Sequence record: SRR31156797_36538
DNA: 40,219 nt
Strand: one strand, 5' to 3'
This document shows, piece by piece, positions 1 to 8,725 of the stretch. The position numbers and the translations under genes were made by a program. The notes under the pieces were generated by a model. That model was not told where the DNA came from. It did not search any database and saw nothing but the letters and a program-made list of their open reading frames with translations. Position 1 is the stretch's first letter, and each line of letters opens with the position of its first letter.

Positions 1-30
1 ATAAAGTTTAGCTTTAAAGCTTTTAGAAAC

Positions 31-56
31 TCTCTACTTCGGTGGGGCGTTTTTTG
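31..56 (+). terminator. Intrinsic terminator of the upstream + strand gene (probably eno, whose TAA may be at 2-4)
   Basis: CTCTAC-TTCG-GTGGGG hairpin with a UUCG loop and G-U pairs, followed by CGTTTTTTG. The eno identity is inferred only from recalled Vibrio synteny. Confidence 0.65.
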
Positions 57-70
57 TTTTGGGGCTGGTG

Positions 71-181
71 ATAAGGAAAGTCAGTACCGAACACAAACAC
101 GCATTAATTCATCCATGAAGCTCCAATTTGCCATCCATGGCAAATAAGGTTTGCTTATCGATACTCACTTACCTTCCTTAT
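71..181. repeat. Y-shaped palindromic element, copy 1 (two CATCCATG-core hairpins in an outer stem)
   Basis: Outer imperfect inverted repeat 71-90/158-181 and CAAAC/GTTTG inner closure. Hairpins TTCAT-CC-ATGAA (108-119) and ATTTGCCAT-CC-ATGGCAAAT (126-145). Confidence 0.75.
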
Positions 182-225
182 ATATTCTCAGAAACTAGCA
201 GGTATGAATTATTTTGTTGAGGGGG

Positions 226-319
226 GAATAGGTGTGCTGGAGCAAACATACAAGGGCATGGATGCCCTTGTTTAAGTGCACATGGATGTCTTGAACGGTT
301 TGCGGAAGTATTCCTATTC
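226..319. repeat. Y-shaped palindromic element, copy 2 (inverted relative to copy 1)
   Basis: Outer GAATAGG/CCTATTC and GCAAAC(242-247)/GTTTGC(298-303). Hairpins ACAAGGGCAT-GG-ATGCCCTTGT (250-271) and ACAT-GG-ATGT (280-289). Confidence 0.75.
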
Positions 320-325
320 TGCCTG

Positions 326-1540
326 TTAATCCAAAGAAGAAATCGCCTCAATCCGTCTTTTCTCTAGTTCATCTCTAATTGCTTTACCCTGAAAACCATC
401 AGCAATAATGTCTTTTACCTCGATGCTTAGTGCAGCTTGGTAAGCGGCTTCAAAAATGGCTTTTTGTGGATAAGGATTATCTTCACACCCTAAACGGCCA
501 GCATGGTCGGCTTGGCAGCAAAGTAAAACTTCTTCTAAACGCTCTGGTTTACGCCATACGTCGAGTTTATTGAGAATTTTAAGTTTGGTACTAGGTTTGA
601 GTTCTTCCGCTCTGTGGACGTTAGAATGCTGCTCACACACGAGTAGCGCTAATTCTTTAAACTCATTGGGCACGCGTACTCGTTCGCAGAGTTTTTTGAT
701 GATTTTCACACCCGCATGGCAATGCATTTTATGGCTTGGCCATTCTGATTTTGGCGTGACGCCTTTACCTAAATCATGCACTTGAGAAGCAAAGCGAACA
801 GGTAGGGATGATGAAAGTAGGGATGCTTGCTTTGCTACCATCAGGGTATGTATTCCGGTATCGATTTCTGGATGCCACTTCTCAGGTTGAGGAACGCCAA
901 ACAAGCAGTCAAGTTCCGGCAGTACAACCTTTAGTGCGCCACAATCACGTAATACAGATAAGAAGACTTCAGGGTTTTGGGTCGACAGTGATTTGTGCCA
1001 CTCCTGCCATACACGTTCAGCCGTTAGGTGCTTAAGCTCGCCACTTAGAGCAATTTGAGTCATCAAAGCCATTGTTTCATCAGCAATGGTAAATCCTAGA
1101 TGATGAAGTTTGGCTGCGAAACGAGCGAGACGTAATACACGCAGAGGATCTTCAATAAACGCATCAGATACGTGACGTAAAATACGATCATTGAGATCCC
1201 GTTGGCCGCCGTATGGATCGATGATGTTGCCTTGCTCATCTTGCGCCATCGCATTGATAGTGAGATCTCGTCGAATCAGATCTTCTTCCAAAGTGACATC
1301 TGGTGCGTAGTGGCACTCAAATCCTGTGTAGCCAGTACCTGATTTACGCTCTGTACGAGCCAAAGCGTGCTCTTGTTTCGTTTTGGGGTGCAAGAATACC
1401 GGAAAGTCTTTACCTACAGCAGTAAAGCCGTTGCTAAGCATTTCTTCGGGGCTACTACCAACCACTACCCAGTCTTTATCGTAAACCGGGATATTCAGTA
1501 ACTGATCGCGAACTGCGCCGCCAACTAGGTATATATGCAC
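326..1540 (-). CDS. cca: Multifunctional CCA tRNA nucleotidyltransferase / HD phosphatase
   Basis: [22 protein letters not shown] and [12 protein letters not shown] class II nucleotidyltransferase motifs; HD domain (HDLGK); 404 aa. Confidence 0.97.
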   Translation of the reverse strand: MHIYLVGGAVRDQLLNIPVYDKDWVVVGSSPEEMLSNGFTAVGKDFPVFLHPKTKQEHALARTERKSGTGYTGFECHYAPDVTLEEDLIRRDLTINAMAQDEQGNIIDPYGGQRDLNDRILRHVSDAFIEDPLRVLRLARFAAKLHHLGFTIADETMALMTQIALSGELKHLTAERVWQEWHKSLSTQNPEVFLSVLRDCGALKVVLPELDCLFGVPQPEKWHPEIDTGIHTLMVAKQASLLSSSLPVRFASQVHDLGKGVTPKSEWPSHKMHCHAGVKIIKKLCERVRVPNEFKELALLVCEQHSNVHRAEELKPSTKLKILNKLDVWRKPERLEEVLLCCQADHAGRLGCEDNPYPQKAIFEAAYQAALSIEVKDIIADGFQGKAIRDELEKRRIEAISSLD

Positions 1541-1629
1541 TTTATGACCTCAAAGAATCATCAATGTTAATGGATAATCATTAACAGCAATGATACTTTG
1601 CGCGTAATTACTTTTATAGAGGCGGGAGC

Positions 1630-3225
1630 ATGTATCAAGAATTTTTTGGCTTTGTCGAGTTACCATTCTCAATAGTGCCAAATTCTCGTTATTTGTATTT
1701 AAGTCAGCGTCATCAGGAGGCTATGTCGCATCTTCAATCCGGCTTAGGAGAAGGTGGCGGTTTTGCAATGTTAACTGGCGAAGTGGGAACGGGGAAAACG
1801 ACCGTTGCTAAAGCCATGTTAGCGAACTTGCCGATTCATACTCGGGCTGGCTTTATTCTCAACCCTACTTTTTCTGAACGTGAATTGCTTGAAGCGATTT
1901 GTGATGAATTCGCCATCGAATATCAAGACAACGCGACGATAAAACAGCTCAGCCAAGCCCTGTATGCATTTTTACTTGAACAGCATGCTTCCGGTAAACA
2001 GGTGATGCTGATTATTGATGAAGCGCAGCACCTAGCTCCCGATGTCTTGGAACAGCTCCGGTTACTAACAAACTTAGAAACTGACACTCGTAAGTTACTC
2101 AAAGTATTGTTGATTGGTCAGCCAGAATTACAGCAAAAGCTCCAGCTTCCTCAACTTCGCCAGTTAGCGCAGAGAATTACCGGTCGCTATCATTTACTTC
2201 CTCTTAATACCTCAGAAACCGCCCGATATATTGAATTTCGCCAACAGCAAGCGGGTGGCGATGGTTCGTTGTTCTCGAATCGATGTGCAAAATGGATAGC
2301 CCAAGAAACCTTAGGCATTCCGCGATTGATAAACCTGGTGTGTGATGCTGCATTAAAAAGTGCTTATCAAGAGGGGGAAAGAGAGCTTTCACTTGATAGA
2401 GTAAAGTTGGCTTGCCAGCAAGTGATGAGTTTCCAGTCGACTGTGTATCAGCAGCCGAAGCGTCAGGTTCAAACAAAGCGTTCTGCTTTGGTCGGGACGC
2501 TCTCTTTATTGTTAGGGTTATCTTTTGCTGCCGCGACTGCTTATTGGTTGCCACCTGTATTGAATCAACAGGTGGCCCAAATGATGCCGTTACCACAAGC
2601 TCCACTGCCGAACAAACAAGAGGTCTTTCCACAACAGGTTAGACACTCTCTGATGCAATCAACAGAGTTAGAGGCATCTTTGAAAACCTTATATGCAGCA
2701 TGGGGGTATCAAGCTTCTGTGTTGGATACGTTTTGCCAGTCAGCGGGAAGTTCAGTACTGCGCTGTGCTAAACATGCAGGGGATTGGTCGGCACTTAGCG
2801 ATTTGAATGTGCCAGTGGTGATGTCACTGAATCTCGACGATGTTCCTGTGTATGCGGTGCTTTATAAGGTTGAAGATCAGAATATTGAGCTGTTGGTGAA
2901 CCAAGAGCGGATTCGAATTGCTAAACAGTGGATTACGCCTTTGTGGTCAGGTGAATACTATCTGGCTTGGAAAGGGAGTTTTGACAGCACGCTGAAAAGC
3001 GGGATGAGAGGACCGGATATCGAGCTGCTGGATAAAAAGCTCTCACAAGTTTTAGGTGAACCGGAAAGGAACAGTTTGGTTTTTGATGAAGAAGTGGAAC
3101 GCAAAGTGTCATTGTTCCAGCGCTGGCAAAATATGGAAGTGGATGGTATTGCCGGCGAGCAGACGTTGCGTCGCTTAGAGCTACTCACTCAGCAAGATGC
3201 GCCGACTTTGGTGGAGGGAGCGTAA
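1630..3225 (+). CDS. gspA: Type II secretion accessory ATPase GspA/ExeA with peptidoglycan-binding C-terminus
   Basis: MY..FFG...PFSIVP start, Walker A GEVGTGKT, IIDEAQ Walker B, TM segment and C-terminal FQ....VDGIAG..T PG-binding motif. Confidence 0.93.
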   Translation: MYQEFFGFVELPFSIVPNSRYLYLSQRHQEAMSHLQSGLGEGGGFAMLTGEVGTGKTTVAKAMLANLPIHTRAGFILNPTFSERELLEAICDEFAIEYQDNATIKQLSQALYAFLLEQHASGKQVMLIIDEAQHLAPDVLEQLRLLTNLETDTRKLLKVLLIGQPELQQKLQLPQLRQLAQRITGRYHLLPLNTSETARYIEFRQQQAGGDGSLFSNRCAKWIAQETLGIPRLINLVCDAALKSAYQEGERELSLDRVKLACQQVMSFQSTVYQQPKRQVQTKRSALVGTLSLLLGLSFAAATAYWLPPVLNQQVAQMMPLPQAPLPNKQEVFPQQVRHSLMQSTELEASLKTLYAAWGYQASVLDTFCQSAGSSVLRCAKHAGDWSALSDLNVPVVMSLNLDDVPVYAVLYKVEDQNIELLVNQERIRIAKQWITPLWSGEYYLAWKGSFDSTLKSGMRGPDIELLDKKLSQVLGEPERNSLVFDEEVERKVSLFQRWQNMEVDGIAGEQTLRRLELLTQQDAPTLVEGA

Positions 3226-4002
3226 ATGTCACAAGTGATGCAAGCTTTGAGCTCTTCTCAACAGGGCTATCAAGATAACGCAATACCCACTCAATATGCG
3301 ACAAGCAAAGTAAATGAAGAAAAAAGTCGCTTTCGTTGGTATCACTCGATATTGCTGTTAGCGCCAGCGGCTATTGTTTGTGGTGGACTCACTTACAACA
3401 GTATTGAAAGCCAGAAGCAAAAAATCGCAAACCTGTTAGCGATGCCTGTGGCTGTTGAAACGGTTTCTGCGTCGTTTGATTACTTGGAGTATCCGCAGTT
3501 TTCTGAGCTAAAAAGCACTTATGTTGAACCTAAGCTAACGTTAGAAAATAACCTTAGTGAACAAACAAAAATTGTCACCTCTGAAAGTAAAGTGGAGCCT
3601 GAACTAGAGGCTACCAAGCCAGTTGTGCCTCAAGAAAATACTGCTGTGAACTTGCATCAACTTGACTTGAGTGAGCTTTCTCCAGCATTGGCAATGAGAG
3701 TTGAATCAGCATTGAAACAAAGCGCTACACCTAACTCAACGCAAATTATTCCATCGGATACCGTTTCACTTGTTCAACGTGCAGAGCAGTTCACTGGTCG
3801 ATTACCGGCCATGGATTTTCAAACCCATGTTTATGCGAGCGATGTTAAAAAGCGTTGGATTAAAATGAATGGGATTGAGTATCAGGAAGGAGATTGGATG
3901 CCTGATGGTGTTGAGCTACAGGCTATCACGCCTCGAACGGTCATAGTGGCGTTTGATAACCAATCGATTGAGATACCAGCATTACATACCTGGAAAGGTT
4001 AA
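3226..4002 (+). CDS. gspB: Type II secretion accessory protein GspB/ExeB
   Basis: Directly follows gspA; single N-terminal TM; C-terminal HVYAS...RWIKMNG..YQEGD GspB domain. Confidence 0.88.
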   Translation: MSQVMQALSSSQQGYQDNAIPTQYATSKVNEEKSRFRWYHSILLLAPAAIVCGGLTYNSIESQKQKIANLLAMPVAVETVSASFDYLEYPQFSELKSTYVEPKLTLENNLSEQTKIVTSESKVEPELEATKPVVPQENTAVNLHQLDLSELSPALAMRVESALKQSATPNSTQIIPSDTVSLVQRAEQFTGRLPAMDFQTHVYASDVKKRWIKMNGIEYQEGDWMPDGVELQAITPRTVIVAFDNQSIEIPALHTWKG

Positions 4003-4018
4003 GCTTGGTTGAAAAACA

Positions 4019-4044
4019 AAAAAGGTCACCGAGGTGACCTTTTT
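4019..4044. terminator. Bidirectional terminator between gspB and the SH3 gene
   Basis: AAAAAGGTCACC-GA-GGTGACCTTTTT between convergent genes. Confidence 0.85.
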
Positions 4045-4049
4045 CAATC

Positions 4050-4658
4050 TTACGCCCAACCCGCCGGGTTACGCTTACGACGAGGCACAACGTGAGGCAG
4101 AATTAAGCCAAGCAATAAGCCACCGCCAGCAACACCACCACCGTACATGAAGTACTTAAGAAGCAGGTCTTCTTTTTGAGTATCCAGTTTCGCTCGTAGT
4201 TCACGAATTTCTGTTTGGGAAGCGGTTAGCTGTTTGCTGATTTCACTATAGTTTTGTTCAAGCTCAGAAATTTGCTGATTGCGAACATCCAGTGACTCCG
4301 CTAAACCTGCTTTTTCAGAATCTGCTGTTTCACGAGCTGTCGCTAGCTGAGACTTCACTTGTGCGAGTTCTTTTTCTAACTGTGGTAAACGAACAGCCAT
4401 GCTGACAGTACGCGTTACAAAACGGCTTTCAACCCAACCTTTTCTGCCACGAGAATCAACAATCTCACTATAGTTTGATTCTTTGTTAGTCGAAAGAAGC
4501 TGTATTTTCTCACCTGCGTCAATACTGCCGATGATGCGGTATTGATTGCTTGGACCTGAATGCATGTAGGTAAACAGTTCATCGGCAATGTAGCGGTCTT
4601 GAGCAAACACAGGGCTTGCTAACATGGAAAATAGCACCATGCAGATAAGTTTTTTCAC
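4050..4658 (-). CDS. ygiM: TIGR04211-family SH3-domain membrane protein (YgiM/HtrG-like)
   Basis: Signal peptide, SH3b-like YMHSGPSNQYRIIG..GWVE, coiled coil and C-terminal TM. GTG at 4658 preceded by AAGGGA is the preferred start (the ORF extends to 4676). Confidence 0.85.
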   Translation of the reverse strand: MKKLICMVLFSMLASPVFAQDRYIADELFTYMHSGPSNQYRIIGSIDAGEKIQLLSTNKESNYSEIVDSRGRKGWVESRFVTRTVSMAVRLPQLEKELAQVKSQLATARETADSEKAGLAESLDVRNQQISELEQNYSEISKQLTASQTEIRELRAKLDTQKEDLLLKYFMYGGGVAGGGLLLGLILPHVVPRRKRNPAGWA

Positions 4659-4773
4659 GGTAAATCCCTTAGTCATATATTTAATACCAAACCCATATTA
4701 TTTAGTGGTGTTGGTACAAGCTTTACACTGATGTGGCAAATAGTAAAAAGTTTCTTATTCAGGTGCAACAAAG

Positions 4774-4794
4774 AAGGGAGGCAAAGCCTCCCTT
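4774..4794 (-). terminator. Terminator after the PiT transporter gene
   Basis: AAGGGAGGC-AAA-GCCTCCCTT, followed by a U-rich tail on the - strand. Confidence 0.7.
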
Positions 4795-4867
4795 TATGTG
4801 CGTTTGAGTCAAATCTGACCTTACGTTTACAAAGTACTAACTTGTATCAGTAAGTCAATTTTGCCAT

Positions 4868-6127
4868 TTAAGCAAAAACGGCTTGAATTGCGTAGAAGAA
4901 TACCACTGCAAGTAATGCACCTGCAGGTAGCGTTACAATCCAAGATGCAACGATATTACGAACAACACCTAGGTTTAGTGCTGCAATACCACGAGCAAAA
5001 CCAACACCCAGAACCGCACCAACAAGTGTTTGCGTGGTTGAAATTGGTAAACCTGTACCAGAAGCAAGAACGACGGTACAAGCTGTTGCAAGCTGAGCTG
5101 CGAAGCCACGGCTTGGCGTTAGTTCAGTAATACCTGTACCAACAGTTGCCATAACTTTGTGACCCATAGTTGCAAGACCCACGACAATACCAAAGCCACC
5201 TAGAGGAAGAATCCACCATGCGATAGTGCTTTTCGCTGTGATTTCACCCATGTGTTCAATAGTTGATACAACAGCAGATAGAGGGCCGATTGCGTTTGCC
5301 ACGTCGTTTGAACCGTGAGCGAATGCCATTGCACACGCTGTGATAACCATCAATACGCTGAAGATACTTTCAACGCCAGCAAAGCTGTGGTCATCTTCAC
5401 GATGGGCAAACTTCTTCTGAATGTAGAGGTAACCGCCAATCATAACTAAGCCTGAAACGCCCGCAGACCAGAACCAAGCTTCAGTATTTGATAGGTGTAA
5501 ACCAACGTGTTTTAAACCTTTCTTAATGGTTACCAGTGCAATCACCATAGTCGTGATGAACATGTACACTGGTACGAAACGTTTCGCGTTGAATAGTGGG
5601 TTTTCTGTGTCGAAAATCAGTCGTTGGGCGCTGACAAATATGAAGTAAGCAAACAAGCCTGAAATAAGAGGCGTGACAATCCAACTACCAACAATGCCTT
5701 GAACTGAGCTCCAATCTACCGCTTCGGTACCAAATGAAACGCACGCAAAACCGATGATTGCACCGATGATTGAGTGAGTGGTTGATACTGGCCAGCCCAT
5801 GTAAGACGCTAGCAATAACCATGTGCCCGCAGCAAGTAGTGCTGACATCATGCCGTAGATGAGAATGTCTGGATGGTTCGCGAATAATGAAGTATCGATA
5901 ACACCTTTACGAATAGTGTCAGTTACTTCACCACCGGCTAAGTATGCACCCGCAAATTCGAAAATCATCGCGATGATGATAGCTTGTTTTACGGTTAACG
6001 CTTTTGAGCCAACTGATGTGCCCATTGCGTTTGCAACGTCGTTTGCACCAATACCGATTGCCATTAAGAAACCGAAAAGCGCAGCAGTGATGATCAGGAC
6101 AGTGCCGTAGTTAGCAAGGATATCCAT
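4868..6127 (-). CDS. PiT (Pho4) family inorganic phosphate transporter
   Basis: Both PiT signatures GANDVANAMG and HGSNDVANAIG, plus PVSTTH and PISTTQ. Start set to the ATG at 6127 (MDILANY) with AGGT SD. Confidence 0.93.
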   Translation of the reverse strand: MDILANYGTVLIITAALFGFLMAIGIGANDVANAMGTSVGSKALTVKQAIIIAMIFEFAGAYLAGGEVTDTIRKGVIDTSLFANHPDILIYGMMSALLAAGTWLLLASYMGWPVSTTHSIIGAIIGFACVSFGTEAVDWSSVQGIVGSWIVTPLISGLFAYFIFVSAQRLIFDTENPLFNAKRFVPVYMFITTMVIALVTIKKGLKHVGLHLSNTEAWFWSAGVSGLVMIGGYLYIQKKFAHREDDHSFAGVESIFSVLMVITACAMAFAHGSNDVANAIGPLSAVVSTIEHMGEITAKSTIAWWILPLGGFGIVVGLATMGHKVMATVGTGITELTPSRGFAAQLATACTVVLASGTGLPISTTQTLVGAVLGVGFARGIAALNLGVVRNIVASWIVTLPAGALLAVVFFYAIQAVFA

Positions 6128-6270
6128 CTTTATACCTAGTTGTTGATAACAAGCGGAGCAAGTCTCGTTCGTGTTTTTTACACACGAGGTCAAACCGTTA
6201 GCGATAAAAACTTAACGCCTTTTCCTTGGTTAGCCGAAACTGCTCTTTGTTATTTGGTTAACTTTAAGAT

Positions 6271-6951
6271 TTAAGAACGAGAAAGCATGACTTCTAGACG
6301 AGCACCTACGCGCTGCGCCTGGTCGGCAATACCACCAACCCATTCTAGGATTTTGTATAAGAACATGACGTCAATTGGATTTAATGTCGATTCAATCGCC
6401 ATTAGTTGCTGACGAAGACGAATCTGAATCGCATCGGTATCATCTTCAATTTCATCCAATTGATTAATCATTTCAGCAACAAGAGTCACTTCACGGCCTT
6501 TGAAGCCTGTTTCTAGCAGCTCATCAAGCTCATTAATCACTTTTTGTGCTTGTTCCGCTGCATCTAAACAACGTTTCACATACACAATAAAGTCTTCTTG
6601 AAGAGGTGTTGGAATTACAAGCTGACGACCTACTACACGGCCTGCAATGTCTTTTGCAAGGTTAGCAAGTTTATCTTGTTGAGTTAGTAGCTCGAGCATG
6701 TCTGTACGATCGACAGGCATAAACAAACCACGTGGAAGCTTAAGGCGGATTTCACGTTTTAGTACGTCTGCTTCTTTCTCAAGGTGAGAAATCTGCGCAC
6801 GGATCTCAGCTGCTTTTTCCCAATCCCCTGTGGAACAAACCTCAAAGAAAGGAACTAGGTGAGAACAGCATTCGTTCACACATACTACGTGTCGTTGCAA
6901 AGGCTTAATAGGGGACTTTGCAAATAACCCCATGATTGTATTTACTGGCAT
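6271..6951 (-). CDS. DUF47/TIGR00153 PhoU-like phosphate transport regulator
   Basis: PhoU-like repeats LEKEAD and IEDDTD, LFMPVDRTD; immediately upstream of PiT. Start is 6951 or 6957. Confidence 0.9.
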   Translation of the reverse strand: MPVNTIMGLFAKSPIKPLQRHVVCVNECCSHLVPFFEVCSTGDWEKAAEIRAQISHLEKEADVLKREIRLKLPRGLFMPVDRTDMLELLTQQDKLANLAKDIAGRVVGRQLVIPTPLQEDFIVYVKRCLDAAEQAQKVINELDELLETGFKGREVTLVAEMINQLDEIEDDTDAIQIRLRQQLMAIESTLNPIDVMFLYKILEWVGGIADQAQRVGARLEVMLSRS

Positions 6952-7156
6952 GGTCATTCAACCTAATTGCTATAACCTAAAAAAAACATACACCATTTTA
7001 TGGCGAAATGTTGACCGATGGCTATAAAGGCGCGCATGGTAACCCATTAACAGTGTCATGAAAACTGTTTTAGATCATCAAACGCTCTATATTTCTCTCT
7101 TGCTCAGCCACAAATTAGGCCATATCCTTCTACTATCTGCTTTAAAAGGGTTAACT

Positions 7157-8674
7157 ATGGAAACCGAGATAGAACTGAAGTTTTTTGTTTCTCCAGAATT
7201 TTCAGAGGTTTTACGCCAAAAAATATCTGAAACCAAAGTACTTCAACACAGTTGTCGTGAGTTAGGGAATACTTACTTCGACACTCCAGACAACTGGTTA
7301 CGCCAGCACGATATCGGCTTGAGAATCCGACGTTTCGATGATGTTTACGTACAAACCGTAAAAACGTCGGGTCGTGTTGTGGCGGGTTTACATCAAAGAC
7401 CAGAATTCAATGCTGAGCATAACAGCAATGAACCTGATTTATCACTTCACCCCATTGATATTTGGCCGCAAGGTCGGGATATCGACAGCCTGCAAGCTGA
7501 GTTAACCCCGTTATTTTCAACCAACTTCACTCGCGAACAGTGGTTGATTGGCATGGCCGATGGTAGTCAGGTTGAAGTCGCGTTTGATCAAGGATTAGTG
7601 ATCGCTGGTGAGAAAGAAGATCCGATTTGTGAAGTTGAGTTAGAACTGAAATCTGGTCAAACGGATGCGCTGTTTACTTTAGCTCGTCAGTTCTGTGATA
7701 ACGGTGGGATGCGTTTAGGTAATTTAAGCAAAGCGGCACGTGGCTACCGTTTGGCTGCGGATTATCAAGGCGATGAAGTTAAACCTTTAACTCTTGTCAA
7801 TACTACGCATCAAGATACGGTCGAGTCTTGTTTAATCAATTCATTGGAACATGCTCTTTCTCATTGGCATTATCATGAGCAGCTTTACACTGAGCGTGAT
7901 TCGATCCCTGCCTTACACGAAATCAGTAACAGCATCCGTTTTATTCGCCAGGTTCTGAGTGTTTATGGTGGGGTTGTTCCTCGTCGAGCTAGCGCGATTA
8001 TCCGTCAGGAATTAAAGTGGTTGGAAGAAGAGTTGTCGTGGTTGAAAACCTATGATTACCTTGATGATCTATTAGAAGACAAAGGCTACACCTTACGTAA
8101 GCTGGATGCGCGTAAGTTCTTGGTGAGTGAACTTAAGAGCTTACAAGGGAACCTTCCTCAGCGTGATGAAACACTTAAGTTGCTTGACTCTGCACGCTAT
8201 ACCGGATTACTGCTTGATCTGAGTCGCTGGATATTAACTCGTGGTTGGCAGCCATTTTTGGATGATAAAGCACGTGAAAAAATGGCAACCAGCATCCATC
8301 GTTTCTCTGTGAAACAACTCGATCGAACTTGGGCTGAATTGATGGAGGCTTTTCCGCCTGAACACCATCTCACCAGTCAAGAGTATATCGATCAACAGTA
8401 TCGTTTAATGCGTAATCTTTATACCGGTATTGGTTTGGCGAGTTTATACAACGCTGATGAGCGCAACTCATTCCGTATGCCATGGGCAGACTTACTGCAC
8501 GGCATCGATGATTTATTGATGTTGAGAACGTTAGAGCCATTTGTCGATAAATTAGAAGGGGAAGAGCAGGAACAACTGCAGCGCTGGCTCATTCGTCAAG
8601 AGAACTCCATTCTTCATGCCATGGAGCAAACTCGTATTATTGGTATCGAAGCTCATCCGTACTGGCGAGATTAG
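7157..8674 (+). CDS. ygiF: CYTH-CHAD inorganic triphosphatase
   Basis: EIELK (ExExK), YFDTPD..L....GLRIR and EVELELK motifs with a C-terminal helical CHAD region. Start at METEIELK after AAGGG. Confidence 0.92.
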   Translation: METEIELKFFVSPEFSEVLRQKISETKVLQHSCRELGNTYFDTPDNWLRQHDIGLRIRRFDDVYVQTVKTSGRVVAGLHQRPEFNAEHNSNEPDLSLHPIDIWPQGRDIDSLQAELTPLFSTNFTREQWLIGMADGSQVEVAFDQGLVIAGEKEDPICEVELELKSGQTDALFTLARQFCDNGGMRLGNLSKAARGYRLAADYQGDEVKPLTLVNTTHQDTVESCLINSLEHALSHWHYHEQLYTERDSIPALHEISNSIRFIRQVLSVYGGVVPRRASAIIRQELKWLEEELSWLKTYDYLDDLLEDKGYTLRKLDARKFLVSELKSLQGNLPQRDETLKLLDSARYTGLLLDLSRWILTRGWQPFLDDKAREKMATSIHRFSVKQLDRTWAELMEAFPPEHHLTSQEYIDQQYRLMRNLYTGIGLASLYNADERNSFRMPWADLLHGIDDLLMLRTLEPFVDKLEGEEQEQLQRWLIRQENSILHAMEQTRIIGIEAHPYWRD

Positions 8675-8701
8675 TCTGTATCCAGTGTTACTTTTCTATA
8701 T

Positions 8702-8725
8702 GGGGGCAATCGCCCCCTTATTTTT
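8702..8725 (+). terminator. Terminator between ygiF and the K+ channel gene
   Basis: GGGGGC-AATC-GCCCCC followed by TTATTTTT. Confidence 0.75.

Noticed and set aside
71-319. CRISPR array or integron attC/VCR repeats
   Set aside because: No direct repeat-spacer periodicity, no cas genes, and no cassette ORFs or attC core-site architecture.
1630-4002. gspAB without the other T2SS genes as an orphan or novel secretion system
   Set aside because: Separation of gspAB/exeAB from the main eps/exe operon is normal in Vibrio and Aeromonas.
6128-6193. N-terminal extensions from the ORF track (PiT here; also ygiF, yqiB, nadC, ampD, fldB)
   Set aside because: Downstream starts match the family N-termini and mostly have better SD sequences or stop-start coupling.
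7053-7071. PHO box between DUF47 and ygiF (GTGTCAT-GAAAA-CTGTTTT)
   Set aside because: The half-sites are 12 bp apart rather than 11, and the second half-site is poor.
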